The notes under the pieces were generated by a model, which was given only the letters and a program-made list of their open reading frames with translations, searched no databases and was not told the DNA's origin. Positions 47,970 to 60,950 of a stretch of 64,000 nucleotides of DNA are shown piece by piece; positions within the stretch are counted from its first letter, which is position 1; every line of letters begins with the position of its first letter. Source of the stretch: Azolla caroliniana (Eukaryota; Plantae; Polypodiophyta). The DNA lies in NCBI GenBank assembly GCA_043228905.1, contig JBHGNT010000004.1, positions 18,600,001 to 18,664,000 on the forward strand, in the 5' to 3' direction. Position numbers and translations under genes: made by a program.

Positions 47970-50900
47970 ATGGCTCAAATTAACGACCCGATGTCATCCG
48001 CTCAAGCGGAAGGAACTCAAGGGAATCCTCCTGGACAAATGTCCACTGCGATGTATTTGGCACAAATAACCCAATACCTTAGTTTCACCGCTCAACAGAT
48101 GACCGAAATTCGGCAATCTCAAAGTGCTCTCGAGGCACGTGTCATTAGTCTACAACGTGAGACTAATAGACCTGATGAGCGACAAGGTGAACCATCATTT
48201 ACGGGAGACAAAAAGGAAAGAACCGAAGAAGCAATCTGCACATGGCTGGGACGATGGGAGTCTCATTTTCAGCTCTATCCCACGCCAGATAGTACGAAGA
48301 TTGCATATGTCAGCCGAGAACTCGGGGGTAAGGCCGCCGCCTGGTGGCGCGGGCGCCGTACTATGGGGAAATTGCTCGATACCTGGACAGATTTTGTCAC
48401 GGTTTTTAAGGGCCAAATTCTACAACCTCCCTCTCGAACCGAGGTAGGACAAGCTTTAATGAATCTCTCTAGCAGGAAATTTTCCTCTCTAGAAGACTAT
48501 GTTCACCATGCTAGAACCCAAATCCAAAAATCGGGTCTAGAAGGGGACAATTGGTTGATAGCTTGTTTTGTCAATGGCATCCCCAATTCGGACTATCACT
48601 GGATAGTGCACGATAAGGATCCAAAATCCTTCGAAGAGGCCGTTGAAATAGTTCTTCTCTATCAACGCACTTCGAAGAAGGACCACAACAAACCCAACGA
48701 AGCACCCGAGACTAAGCAGTCGCAATTTGTTGGGAAACGCAAGACACCCAACGAATTCCTGGATCGCGATTGTAAGCGACAACATCCTTTTTGCGTATTC
48801 TGCAAAAAGAAGGGTCATACAAAAGATCAATGTCGAAAGCTCCAACGGAAAGAGCACGACAACAAAGCTAAAGTTGCAGACCATAAAGGTCAGATTCCTA
48901 ATGTCCTTCAGGCCTATACACATCATTTAAGTAATTGTCAATGTTCTTTCCCTCACTATGTATTGGGTCCCAATGATTTACTATGTGCAAACGGGTATAT
49001 CAATGGATCTCCCGTACAATTTTTATTTGATTCGGGAAGCTCACACAATTTTGTGAATGATCGTTTGGTTCAGATATGGGGAATCCAACCCACCGTAAGT
49101 GATCACACCTATACGGTACACTTGGCTGATGGAAGAGTACAATACATCAACGGGGCGATTCATTCATTAGGAATTTCTATTGATACTTATATAGAGGAAG
49201 TAGACTTCCATGTAATGAATCTTTGTACCACCGATGTAATACTAGGTTATCCCTAGTTTTATAATAAAAACTCTTCTTTATTTATTGATTGGGTTCGTCA
49301 TTCCATTTCTTTTGTACTGAACGATTGTACGCATTTTATTCAATGTGTAAAAAAACAATCCCTCTCGATTGTTTCCTCGTGTCCATCAATATCTGAGTTG
49401 TCTTGTTCTACTCTATTTTATTGTGTACTTGATCCAGACATTCACGTTTATAATATCGATAATGTCTCGGTTCAATTAACATATTTTGAACAACAACAAC
49501 TTGATGAAATCTTAAATGATTTTCATGATGTTTTTCCAAGTGAACTACCTGATGGGTTACCTCCTAAACGAAATATAGACCATCGTATAGATATTGTACC
49601 TGGTGTTGCACCAATAAGTATACCTCCGTATCGCTTAAGTCGATCCGAAGAAGATAAGGTATCTAAGCAACTCAAGGACTATTTACGAATGGGTTATATA
49701 CGTTATAGTAAATCTCTTATAGTAAAACTCTTATAGTAAATCTCTTATGGGTTATTTACGTTATAGTAAATATCCATGGGGTGCACCAGTTCTCTTGGTT
49801 AAAAGGAAAGAGGGCACATGGCGTATGTGTATTAATTACCGATGCTTGAATAAAGTGACGATCAAGAATTCGTATCCATTGCCCTGGGCTGATGATCTAA
49901 TTGACCGTCTCAAGGGAGCTCAGTATTTTACGAAACTTGATCTCCGTACTGGCTACCATCAAATACGAATAAGTGAGGACGATGTTCCTAAAACGGCATT
50001 TCGTACACGCTATGGCCATTACGAGTTTTTGGTTATGCCTTTTGGTTTGACCAATGCTCCAGCTACATTTCAACAAGAAATGAATGACATTTTCCGAGAA
50101 CAACTTGGAAAATTTGTCGTTATTTTCTTGGATGATATTTTAGTTTATAGCCGTACATTACAAGAACATGCTAGACATGTCCGCTTTGTTTTACAAACAT
50201 TGCGTGAAAAACAGTTTTATGCGAAGATCTCAAAATGTGAGTTCTTCAAGAAATCAATTACTTATCTTGGACATCTCATAACCGAACGAGGAGTTGAAAT
50301 TGATCCTTCTCGCATTGAGAAAATCACGCTTTGGCCCACTCTTCGGAATATTCGAGAAGTTCGATCATTCCTTGGTTTTTGCGAAAGTCTCTTCGTAATT
50401 ACTCCCAATTGACGACGCCGTTTACTGATCTTTTAAAAGGTCAAACGCGTAAGTCTACAAAACCTATTGTGTGGAATGCTACACTAGAACTCGCCTTTAA
50501 GGAACTCAAGGACCTGGTTTGCAAGGCTCCTTCACTTCTTTTACCTAATCCTTCAAAACCTTTTGAGGTTGAAACCGATGCAAGCGATTATGCTATAGGT
50601 GTTGTCTTGTATCAAGATGGTAAACCAATAGCATTCGAGAGTAAGAAACTTTATTCTTCTCAATGTCGGTATACCGTTCAAGAAAAGGAATTATTTGCAG
50701 TTATACATGCGCTCAAAACATGGCGCCATTATCTTTATGGAAATCGCTTTGTGGTAACTACAGACCACGAGTCTTTGAAATATTTTTGTGACCAACAAGA
50801 CCTAAAAGGTCGTAAGGCACGATGGGCTGATCTCATCTAGGACTTTGACTTTTCCATACGATATCGTAAAGGTTCCATGAACACTGTCGCTGATGCACTA

Positions 50901-51849
50901 AGTCGCATCCGTGAAGTTAACATGCTTAGCTTCACTGAAATAACATCAGGTCTTTATGATCACCTTCGAGGAAAGTATCCTGATGACAGTTATTTTGCAA
51001 AATATTGGGCAAGAGTTGAGTCTGGAACAGACACCATCACATCCTCGAAGGAATACTTCCACATTGCTAACGGTTTGCTCTACTGTAATGGGAAGGTTTG
51101 TGTTCCAGATTTACCCGAGGTCAAAAAGAGGATTCTGTTTTAATGCCATGATGCACCCTCAGCAGGGCACACTGGAATACATCGTACACTCGTTCTCATC
51201 TCCACTCAATTTTATTGGCCTAAGATGCGTCCTGACATACATAGCTATGTGACTAAATGTCACTAGTGTCAGGTTAACAAAGCCGAGCGACTTAAAGCCG
51301 CGGGACTTTTACATCCCTTGGACATTCCCAATAATAAGTGGGAAAGTATATCCATGGATTTTATTGTTAGCCTTCCTCGCACCCAAAAAGGTCATGATGC
51401 CATCTGGGTTGTCGTTGATCGACTAACTAAAATGGCCAAATTTATTGCTACTAAAACCACAATAACAACTCCTGAATTGGCTTACCAATTCATTGACGAA
51501 TTATTTTGTTTTTATGGGTTACTGATGGATATCGTGAGTGATCGAGATCCAAAGTTTACTAGTGACTTTTGGACGCAAGTCTTTAAGAAGTTAGAAACTA
51601 CGTTGAGCATGAGCTCCACGGATCATCCTCAATCCGATGGACAGACAGAACAAGTAAATCAAATTATTGAGGACATGCTTCGAGCATACGTTGGTGCAAA
51701 ACCAACAAAATGGGAACGTTATCTCCCAATTTTGGAGTTTGCTTATAACAGCTCAAGGCATACGTCGACGAGATATAGTTGATGTATGGTTTTCAGCCAT
51801 GAGCCCCGATTGATGTTAATATACATCATGATGAGTTGCGAAGTACGCA
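47970..51849 (+). pseudogene. E gag-pol copy 1, truncated within integrase by the duplication junction
   Basis: CVFCKKKGHTKDQC, FDSGS, FLDD, ETDAS, DGQTE; stops and frameshifts. Confidence 0.92.
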
Positions 51850-54800
51850 ATGAGACGACCTGGGTGGTCGATTCCGGAGCATCGTTCCACCTGACCCCGG
51901 AGAGAAGATACTTCTCATCCTACACAGCCGGTGAGCATGGCTGTGTTCGGATGGGAAATGAAGGTACGTGCCGGATTGCCGGCATCGGAGACGTGTGGTT
52001 GACAACCCCGACTGGATGCAAAATGCTGCTGAAGGATGTCCGACACGTTCCGGAGGTTCGATTGAACCTGATTTCGGCCGGGAGGCTAGATGATGAAGGC
52101 TACACAGGTAGCATCCGGAACGGCGTAATGAAGTTCAGCAAGGGGAGCCTGATAGTGGCTCGGGCCCGGAAAATCAACACACTGTACCTGATGAATGCCC
52201 GGTTATGTCCGGAAGAGCTGAATGTGGCAGCCGACACTGCCGGTGAGCTGTGGCACAAGAGACTGTGCCACATGAGCGAGAAGGGGATGAAGAGGCTTGC
52301 AGAAGACAACCTTATTCCAGTGAAGCATGTGCACCTGGAGAAGTGCACCGATTGCCTGGCCGGTAAGCAGAACCGAACCTCCTTCCACTCAAGGCCACCG
52401 ACGAGACGTAGCGCACCATTGGAGTTGGTGCACACCGACGTGTGTCAGGTAGAAACGAAGTCACATGGCGGAGCGCAGTACTTCGTAACTTTCATAGATG
52501 ATCACAGCCGAAGACTGTGGACGGCACCGTTGAAGACAAAGGACCAAGTGTTGTGCGTCTTCAAAGAACTCCACGCGAGAGTGGAAAGGGAATCCGGCAA
52601 GAAGCTGAAAGCGATACGAGCGGATAACGGAGGGGAATACCGGGGGCAGTTCCAGGAGTACTGTCACTCGAAGGGAATCCGGCTCGAGTTTACTGTGCCG
52701 AAGACGCCGGAACTGAACGGGCTGGCCGAGAGGATGAACCGGACCATAATGGAGAGGGTCCGGAGTATGCTGGCGCATGCGAAATTACCCAAGGGATTTT
52801 GGGCTGAGGCAATGTCGACGGCGACATATGTGATAAATAGATCACCCTCAGTACCTTTGGACGGAGACACGCCGCAGAGAGTGTGGACCGGTAAGGAAGT
52901 ATCCTACCGGCATCTGAAGGTGTTCGGGTGTCTTGCATACGTGCATGTGGCAAAGGACCGGAGAGGAAAGCTAGATCCAAAGACCCGGCCATGCATATTC
53001 CTCGGTTACGGCGACGACGAGTTCGGCTACCGAGTATGGGACCCGGTTGACAAGAAGATATTCAGGAGTCGAGACATCATCTTCATGGAGGACAAGACAC
53101 TCACCGACTGGGAGCCGGAGAAGAAGGTAAAGAGCTCCAAGTCGACCGGTGAGGATCAACTCTACAAGGAGCAGTCCCGACCGGCAAGGGACCGGTTAGC
53201 ACTCGAGGATCCGGCCGAAGACGGTGAAGAAACAGAACCGGCCGAAGAAGATGAAAATGATACTGGAACCGGCCCCGATCCCGAAATGGATTCGGATGAA
53301 GAAGAATCGGAAGAACCGGTTACCGAAGCTCCGGAACGGAGATATCCTCTAAGAGAGAGAAGGGCCCCCCGGAGATTTCCGGAACCAGAGCACGTGTTGC
53401 TAACCGACGAGGGGGAGCCGGAGAGCTTTGAAGAAGCAAAGCATGACACCCAGAGCCGCAGGTGGTTGAGTGCCATGCAAGACGAGATGGATTCCCTGCA
53501 TGAGAACCACACATTTGAACTTGTGGAGTTGCCGAAAGGAAAGCGGGCACTTCGAAACAAGTGGGTGTTCAAGCTGAAACCGGGAGATGCCGGAAACCCC
53601 CCGAGATACAAAGCCAGGATCGTGGTGAAGGGGTTTCAGCAAAAGAAGGGCGTCGACTTCGACGAGATATTTGCCCCGGTAGTGAAGATGACCTCCATCC
53701 GGACGGTGCTGAGCATAGCGGCAAGCATGGACCTCGAGGTAGAACAGATGGACGTGAAGACAGCATTCCTTCACGGTGACCTCGAAGAAGAGATCTACAT
53801 GCAGCAACCGGAAGGATTCGAGAAGGAAGGGAAGGAGCACCTGGTATGCCGGTTGAAGAAGAGCCTTTACGGACTGAAGCAGGCTCCCCGGCAATGGTAC
53901 CGGAAGTTCGACTCCTTCATGACCGACGAAGGGTACCACAAAACGCAGTCCGATCACTGCGTGTTTGTGAAGAAATTCGAAGGAGGAGACTCTCTAATAC
54001 TCCTCCTGTACGTGGACGACATGTTGATCGTCGGACGGGACCAGGTCAAGATACGGATGCTGAAGAAGGCTCTTCACCGAACCTTCTCAATGAAGGACTT
54101 GGGTCCGGCGAGACAGATACTAGGGATGCACATCATCCGGGACCGGAAGAAGAAGCAGTTGTGGCTGTCACAGGAGAAGTACGTGACAAAGGTGCTTCAC
54201 CGGTTCAACATGTCGGAAGCAAGACCGGTTGGGTCAACCCTCCCGGCAAACTGCAAGCTGTCCAGCAAGCAAAGCCCCAAGACAAAGGCTGAGAAGGAGG
54301 ACATGATGAAAGTACCATATGCCTCTGCTGTCGGAAGCTTGATGTACGCAATGGTGTGTACAAGACCGGACATAGGATATGCAGTCGGAGTGGTGAGCCG
54401 GTACATGAGCAATCCCGGCAAGGAGCACTGGAACGCGGTCAAGTGGATACTCCGATACCTGAAGGGCACGGCAAACGTGTGCCTCCGATTCGGCTCCGGT
54501 AAGCCCGAATTCGACGGCTTTACCGATTCGGATATGTCGGCTGATGCAGATACCAGCCGGTCCACATCAGGGTATGTGATGACGTATGCAGGGGGAGCTG
54601 TTTCGTGGCAGTCGAGGCTTCAGAAGACGGTTGCGTTGTCAACCACGGAGGTGGAGTACATGGCGGCTGTTGAAGCCGGCAAGGAAATGATATGGATGAA
54701 GGACTTCATTAGAGAGCTCGGTATCCGGCAGGAGGAGTACCGACTCTACTGCGATAGTCAGAGTGCCATCCACCTTGCGAAGAACGCGGCCTATCACTCC

Positions 54801-54986
54801 CGGACGAAGCACATCCAGCGAAGATATCACTGGATCCGGGAAAGGATAGAAGACCAGGAGTTCGTGCTGACGAAGATCCACACGGACGAGAACGGCTCAG
54901 ATATGCTGACCAAAGTGCTCACACCCGACAAGCTGGAAGCATGCCGGAAGAGGATCGGATTGGAGAGACATCCCATGCCGAAGTGA
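51786..54986 (+). CDS. Chimeric gag-less copia PR-IN-RT-RH ORF created by the duplication junction
   Basis: About 22 codons of out-of-frame E sequence fused in frame to F residues from ETTWVVDSGAS; expression unknown. Confidence 0.6.
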   Translation: MVFSHEPRLMLIYIMMSCEVRNETTWVVDSGASFHLTPERRYFSSYTAGEHGCVRMGNEGTCRIAGIGDVWLTTPTGCKMLLKDVRHVPEVRLNLISAGRLDDEGYTGSIRNGVMKFSKGSLIVARARKINTLYLMNARLCPEELNVAADTAGELWHKRLCHMSEKGMKRLAEDNLIPVKHVHLEKCTDCLAGKQNRTSFHSRPPTRRSAPLELVHTDVCQVETKSHGGAQYFVTFIDDHSRRLWTAPLKTKDQVLCVFKELHARVERESGKKLKAIRADNGGEYRGQFQEYCHSKGIRLEFTVPKTPELNGLAERMNRTIMERVRSMLAHAKLPKGFWAEAMSTATYVINRSPSVPLDGDTPQRVWTGKEVSYRHLKVFGCLAYVHVAKDRRGKLDPKTRPCIFLGYGDDEFGYRVWDPVDKKIFRSRDIIFMEDKTLTDWEPEKKVKSSKSTGEDQLYKEQSRPARDRLALEDPAEDGEETEPAEEDENDTGTGPDPEMDSDEEESEEPVTEAPERRYPLRERRAPRRFPEPEHVLLTDEGEPESFEEAKHDTQSRRWLSAMQDEMDSLHENHTFELVELPKGKRALRNKWVFKLKPGDAGNPPRYKARIVVKGFQQKKGVDFDEIFAPVVKMTSIRTVLSIAASMDLEVEQMDVKTAFLHGDLEEEIYMQQPEGFEKEGKEHLVCRLKKSLYGLKQAPRQWYRKFDSFMTDEGYHKTQSDHCVFVKKFEGGDSLILLLYVDDMLIVGRDQVKIRMLKKALHRTFSMKDLGPARQILGMHIIRDRKKKQLWLSQEKYVTKVLHRFNMSEARPVGSTLPANCKLSSKQSPKTKAEKEDMMKVPYASAVGSLMYAMVCTRPDIGYAVGVVSRYMSNPGKEHWNAVKWILRYLKGTANVCLRFGSGKPEFDGFTDSDMSADADTSRSTSGYVMTYAGGAVSWQSRLQKTVALSTTEVEYMAAVEAGKEMIWMKDFIRELGIRQEEYRLYCDSQSAIHLAKNAAYHSRTKHIQRRYHWIRERIEDQEFVLTKIHTDENGSDMLTKVLTPDKLEACRKRIGLERHPMPK

Positions 54987-54996
54987 AGGGGGAGTT

Positions 54997-55663
54997 TGTT
55001 GGGATTTCGGTCCCTCCGGATGGGATGTCCGGAGATGAATGACGGCAAGCCCGGTTCCGGTTACGGAGCCGGATGACGAAGACCCCGGCTACGGAGCCGG
55101 ATGATGAAGACCCCGGTTACGGAGCCGGATGATGAAGACCCCGGTTACGGAGCCGGATGACGAATGTACCCGGAGAGAGATCCGGATGCGGGGACATATT
55201 TGTGAATATGTTTGCCAAGAGCCCTTGAGGCTATATTTGTAAATAGCCCGAAAGTCATATGTGTATAAATATGACTTAGGGCAAACAGTTTTTTGATCTG
55301 CTGCTTATTTTTCTGTTTTTCCACTCAAGGGGAGTGAAGTGAGAGCAGCCGCGGGAGAGAGAGAGAGATAGAGCGCGAGAGACGAAGAGGTAGACGCCTC
55401 TGTGTATTTCCGCCGCCTGTGGCGAGGACAGCGAGCTCAAGGTCGTCGCCTTGCAGCTCGCCATTGTATACTTCTCTGTATAGTGTTTGGTTTGGAGTCT
55501 TGTACTCCCGTGGTTTTTCCCGTCTAGGGTTTTCCACGTTAATCCCTGTGTACTCGCGTTTTATTTTGTTTCTCCGTGTGGTTCCTATTTTCTGCTCCAT
55601 TGATCCGCGATTAATCGGTTGTGGCCGGCCGAAGAAGGTGAATCCAAGCGTTGATTCCCATCA
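54997..55663 (+). repeat. Duplicated 3' LTR of F
   Basis: Copy of 46431..47097, followed again by GGGCT. Confidence 0.95.
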
Positions 55664-56535
55664 GGGCTTGACCCACTTCAAGTGAGGTCGCTCCAATGAC
55701 ACACGTATCCAACATCCCTCCCTCGTTACATGGATACGATGCCACCATGAGCTCGTTCTTACGAGAGGCATTCGTAATGACGTGACCATGTGATGGGCCA
55801 CGTGGGCCTACTACGAAACGAAGGCTCATTTGGCTTGACCATTAGGTTGCAATTTGGCGTATGCCATCGTAACTACGAGACTTGAGGTTAGGTAACGTAC
55901 CAACATAGTTTTGGTAAATGAGGGCGAAATAAGGACCCTTGAAATATATGTTCTTTTAAAAAAAACATATATGATCAATTGCCTCGCATATCTCTTATAC
56001 GCATCAAACATTAAGCATTTGAGAAGAGCAACTTACTTGGTTGGCTCAAGTGTTTAATGTATTTGTTCTCGAGGTCTCGAGTTCAAATATGACCAAGACC
56101 ATACAACATCCTTGATACATATGACTATAACACATGTTTAGACTTAAGGTCTAAGTGCACCTCGGGGTCCTCGTAATAGGACTTAAAGAGCCGAAACCAC
56201 ATATGTGAGCACCGAAACATAGTCTATTGTTAACATTATTTTCGTGTATAAACTATTCATGATGCGAACATACATGGTTGAGCCTCGGGGAGCCGCCATG
56301 AAAAAATCGATATAGAGATCAGGGAAAGACATTAAATTGTCACCCCCATGGTTTTTAAAACACCTTTGTGTTACCATAGTCACCTGATCTTGAACCTCAT
56401 CTCATATGTCTAGAGGGGTATTGACGTGAGATCATGATATCGATTAATGTTTGCCCATGATATGTTTACATCACGACATGATGTTATGACTATCTCTCTG
56501 ACCTTATCCTATTTCTTTTCCAGAAATAATCTTTA

Positions 56536-59500
56536 ATGGCTCAAATTAACGACCCGATGTCATCCGCTCAAGCGGAAGGAACTCAAGGGAATCCTCCTGG
56601 ACAAATGTCCACTGCGATGTATTTGGCACAAATAACCCAATACCTTAGTTTCACCGCTCAACAGATGACCGAAATTCGGCAATCTCAAAGTGCTCTCGAG
56701 GCACGTGTCATTAGTCTACAACGTGAGACTAATAGACCTGATGAGCGACAAGGTGAACCATCATTTACGGGAGACAAAAAGGAAAGAACCGAAGAAGCAA
56801 TCTGCACATGGCTGGGACGATGGGAGTCTCATTTTCAGCTCTATCCCACGCCAGATAGTACGAAGATTGCATATGTCAGCCGAGAACTCGGGGGTAAGGC
56901 CGCCGCCTGGTGGCGCGGGCGCCGTACTATGGGGAAATTGCTCGATACCTGGACAGATTTTGTCACGGTTTTTAAGGGCCAAATTCTACAACCTCCCTCT
57001 CGAACCGAGGTAGGACAAGCTTTAATGAATCTCTCTAGCAGGAAATTTTCCTCTCTAGAAGACTATGTTCACCATGCTAGAACCCAAATCCAAAAATCGG
57101 GTCTAGAAGGGGACAATTGGTTGATAGCTTGTTTTGTCAATGGCATCCCCAATTCGGACTATCACTGGATAGTGCACGATAAGGATCCAAAATCCTTCGA
57201 AGAGGCCGTTGAAATAGTTCTTCTCTATCAACGCACTTCGAAGAAGGACCACAACAAACCCAACGAAGCACCCGAGACTAAGCAGTCGCAATTTGTTGGG
57301 AAACGCAAGACACCCAACGAATTCCTGGATCGCGATTGTAAGCGACAACATCCTTTTTGCGTATTCTGCAAAAAGAAGGGTCATACAAAAGATCAATGTC
57401 GAAAGCTCCAACGGAAAGAGCACGACAACAAAGCTAAAGTTGCAGACCATAAAGGTCAGATTCCTAATGTCCTTCAGGCCTATACACATCATTTAAGTAA
57501 TTGTCAATGTTCTTTCCCTCACTATGTATTGGGTCCCAATGATTTACTATGTGCAAACGGGTATATCAATGGATCTCCCGTACAATTTTTATTTGATTCG
57601 GGAAGCTCACACAATTTTGTGAATGATCGTTTGGTTCAGATATGGGGAATCCAACCCACCGTAAGTGATCACACCTATACGGTACACTTGGCTGATGGAA
57701 GAGTACAATACATCAACGGGGCGATTCATTCATTAGGAATTTCTATTGATACTTATATAGAGGAAGTAGACTTCCATGTAATGAATCTTTGTACCACCGA
57801 TGTAATACTAGGTTATCCCTAGTTTTATAATAAAAACTCTTCTTTATTTATTGATTGGGTTCGTCATTCCATTTCTTTTGTACTGAACGATTGTACGCAT
57901 TTTATTCAATGTGTAAAAAAACAATCCCTCTCGATTGTTTCCTCGTGTCCATCAATATCTGAGTTGTCTTGTTCTACTCTATTTTATTGTGTACTTGATC
58001 CAGACATTCACGTTTATAATATCGATAATGTCTCGGTTCAATTAACATATTTTGAACAACAACAACTTGATGAAATCTTAAATGATTTTCATGATGTTTT
58101 TCCAAGTGAACTACCTGATGGGTTACCTCCTAAACGAAATATAGACCATCGTATAGATATTGTACCTGGTGTTGCACCAATAAGTATACCTCCGTATCGC
58201 TTAAGTCGATCCGAAGAAGATAAGGTATCTAAGCAACTCAAGGACTATTTACGAATGGGTTATATACGTTATAGTAAATCTCTTATAGTAAAACTCTTAT
58301 AGTAAATCTCTTATGGGTTATTTACGTTATAGTAAATATCCATGGGGTGCACCAGTTCTCTTGGTTAAAAGGAAAGAGGGCACATGGCGTATGTGTATTA
58401 ATTACCGATGCTTGAATAAAGTGACGATCAAGAATTCGTATCCATTGCCCTGGGCTGATGATCTAATTGACCGTCTCAAGGGAGCTCAGTATTTTACGAA
58501 ACTTGATCTCCGTACTGGCTACCATCAAATACGAATAAGTGAGGACGATGTTCCTAAAACGGCATTTCGTACACGCTATGGCCATTACGAGTTTTTGGTT
58601 ATGCCTTTTGGTTTGACCAATGCTCCAGCTACATTTCAACAAGAAATGAATGACATTTTCCGAGAACAACTTGGAAAATTTGTCGTTATTTTCTTGGATG
58701 ATATTTTAGTTTATAGCCGTACATTACAAGAACATGCTAGACATGTCCGCTTTGTTTTACAAACATTGCGTGAAAAACAGTTTTATGCGAAGATCTCAAA
58801 ATGTGAGTTCTTCAAGAAATCAATTACTTATCTTGGACATCTCATAACCGAACGAGGAGTTGAAATTGATCCTTCTCGCATTGAGAAAATCACGCTTTGG
58901 CCCACTCTTCGGAATATTCGAGAAGTTCGATCATTCCTTGGTTTTTGCGAAAGTCTCTTCGTAATTACTCCCAATTGACGACGCCGTTTACTGATCTTTT
59001 AAAAGGTCAAACGCGTAAGTCTACAAAACCTATTGTGTGGAATGCTACACTAGAACTCGCCTTTAAGGAACTCAAGGACCTGGTTTGCAAGGCTCCTTCA
59101 CTTCTTTTACCTAATCCTTCAAAACCTTTTGAGGTTGAAACCGATGCAAGCGATTATGCTATAGGTGTTGTCTTGTATCAAGATGGTAAACCAATAGCAT
59201 TCGAGAGTAAGAAACTTTATTCTTCTCAATGTCGGTATACCGTTCAAGAAAAGGAATTATTTGCAGTTATACATGCGCTCAAAACATGGCGCCATTATCT
59301 TTATGGAAATCGCTTTGTGGTAACTACAGACCACGAGTCTTTGAAATATTTTTGTGACCAACAAGACCTAAAAGGTCGTAAGGCACGATGGGCTGATCTC
59401 ATCTAGGACTTTGACTTTTCCATACGATATCGTAAAGGTTCCATGAACACTGTCGCTGATGCACTAAGTCGCATCCGTGAAGTTAACATGCTTAGCTTCA

Positions 59501-60950
59501 CTGAAATAACATCAGGTCTTTATGATCACCTTCGAGGAAAGTATCCTGATGACAGTTATTTTGCAAAATATTGGGCAAGAGTTGAGTCTGGAACAGACAC
59601 CATCACATCCTCGAAGGAATACTTCCACATTGCTAACGGTTTGCTCTACTGTAATGGGAAGGTTTGTGTTCCAGATTTACCCGAGGTCAAAAAGAGGATT
59701 CTGTTTTAATGCCATGATGCACCCTCAGCAGGGCACACTGGAATACATCGTACACTCGTTCTCATCTCCACTCAATTTTATTGGCCTAAGATGCGTCCTG
59801 ACATACATAGCTATGTGACTAAATGTCACTAGTGTCAGGTTAACAAAGCCGAGCGACTTAAAGCCGCGGGACTTTTACATCCCTTGGACATTCCCAATAA
59901 TAAGTGGGAAAGTATATCCATGGATTTTATTGTTAGCCTTCCTCGCACCCAAAAAGGTCATGATGCCATCTGGGTTGTCGTTGATCGACTAACTAAAATG
60001 GCCAAATTTATTGCTACTAAAACCACAATAACAACTCCTGAATTGGCTTACCAATTCATTGACGAATTATTTTGTTTTTATGGGTTACTGATGGATATCG
60101 TGAGTGATCGAGATCCAAAGTTTACTAGTGACTTTTGGACGCAAGTCTTTAAGAAGTTAGAAACTACGTTGAGCATGAGCTCCACGGATCATCCTCAATC
60201 CGATGGACAGACAGAACAAGTAAATCAAATTATTGAGGACATGCTTCGAGCATACGTTGGTGCAAAACCAACAAAATGGGAACGTTATCTCCCAATTTTG
60301 GAGTTTGCTTATAACAGCTCAAGGCATACGTCGACGAGATATAGTTGATGTATGGTTTTCAGCCATGAGCCCCGATTGATGTTAATATACATCATGATGA
60401 GTTGCGAAGTACGCAAAACTTTCTTCGGGATATGCAAGATATGTTGCATATTGCACGAGATAATATAAAAACAACTCAAGATAGAGCGCGTGTATTCAAC
60501 TCTGGACAGAAGGTATTTTTACGTGTACCTCACAATTCTAAGACATTGTCTACGGGTAAGTGCGCTAAGTTAGCCCCACGGTTTTGTGGACCTTTTACAG
60601 TCCTCAAACGCATTGGGTCATCAGCCTATCGTCTTGCTCTTCCCGATGGTGTTGGAATTCATCCAGTCTTCCATGTGAGTCGTCTAAAAGAACTTCTAGG
60701 TTCTGGCGACAATACAGTTACAACTAAAACTCTGGTTACTTCTGAAGAATTATCTTCTAAACCACATGTACCAGAAAGAATTCTCGATGTTAAAACAAAA
60801 AAATTACGTACTAAAGAAATCCGAGAATTTAAAATAAAATGGGTGGATAAATCAATAAAAGATGCCACATGGGAACGCGAAAATACTCTCAGAACTAATT
60901 TCCCTAACTTTCCATTGCAAGAGTGCAATGTTTTAAAGAGGGGGGGAGTA
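56536..60950 (+). pseudogene. E gag-pol copy 2, complete to the chromodomain
   Basis: As copy 1 plus KLAPRFCGPF, HPVFHVSRL and PERILD...FKIKW...ATWE. Confidence 0.92.

Larger units (their letters stand above)
43284..60415 (+). repeat. Tandem duplication of 8566 bp (43284..51849 = 51850..60415)
   Basis: All ORFs recur at a +8566 offset with identical translations; junction at 51849/51850. Confidence 0.96.

Noticed and set aside
51850-55663. Second independent insertion of F
   Set aside because: No 5' LTR or new TSD, and the downstream flank is the same as for the first copy, so it is part of the tandem duplication.
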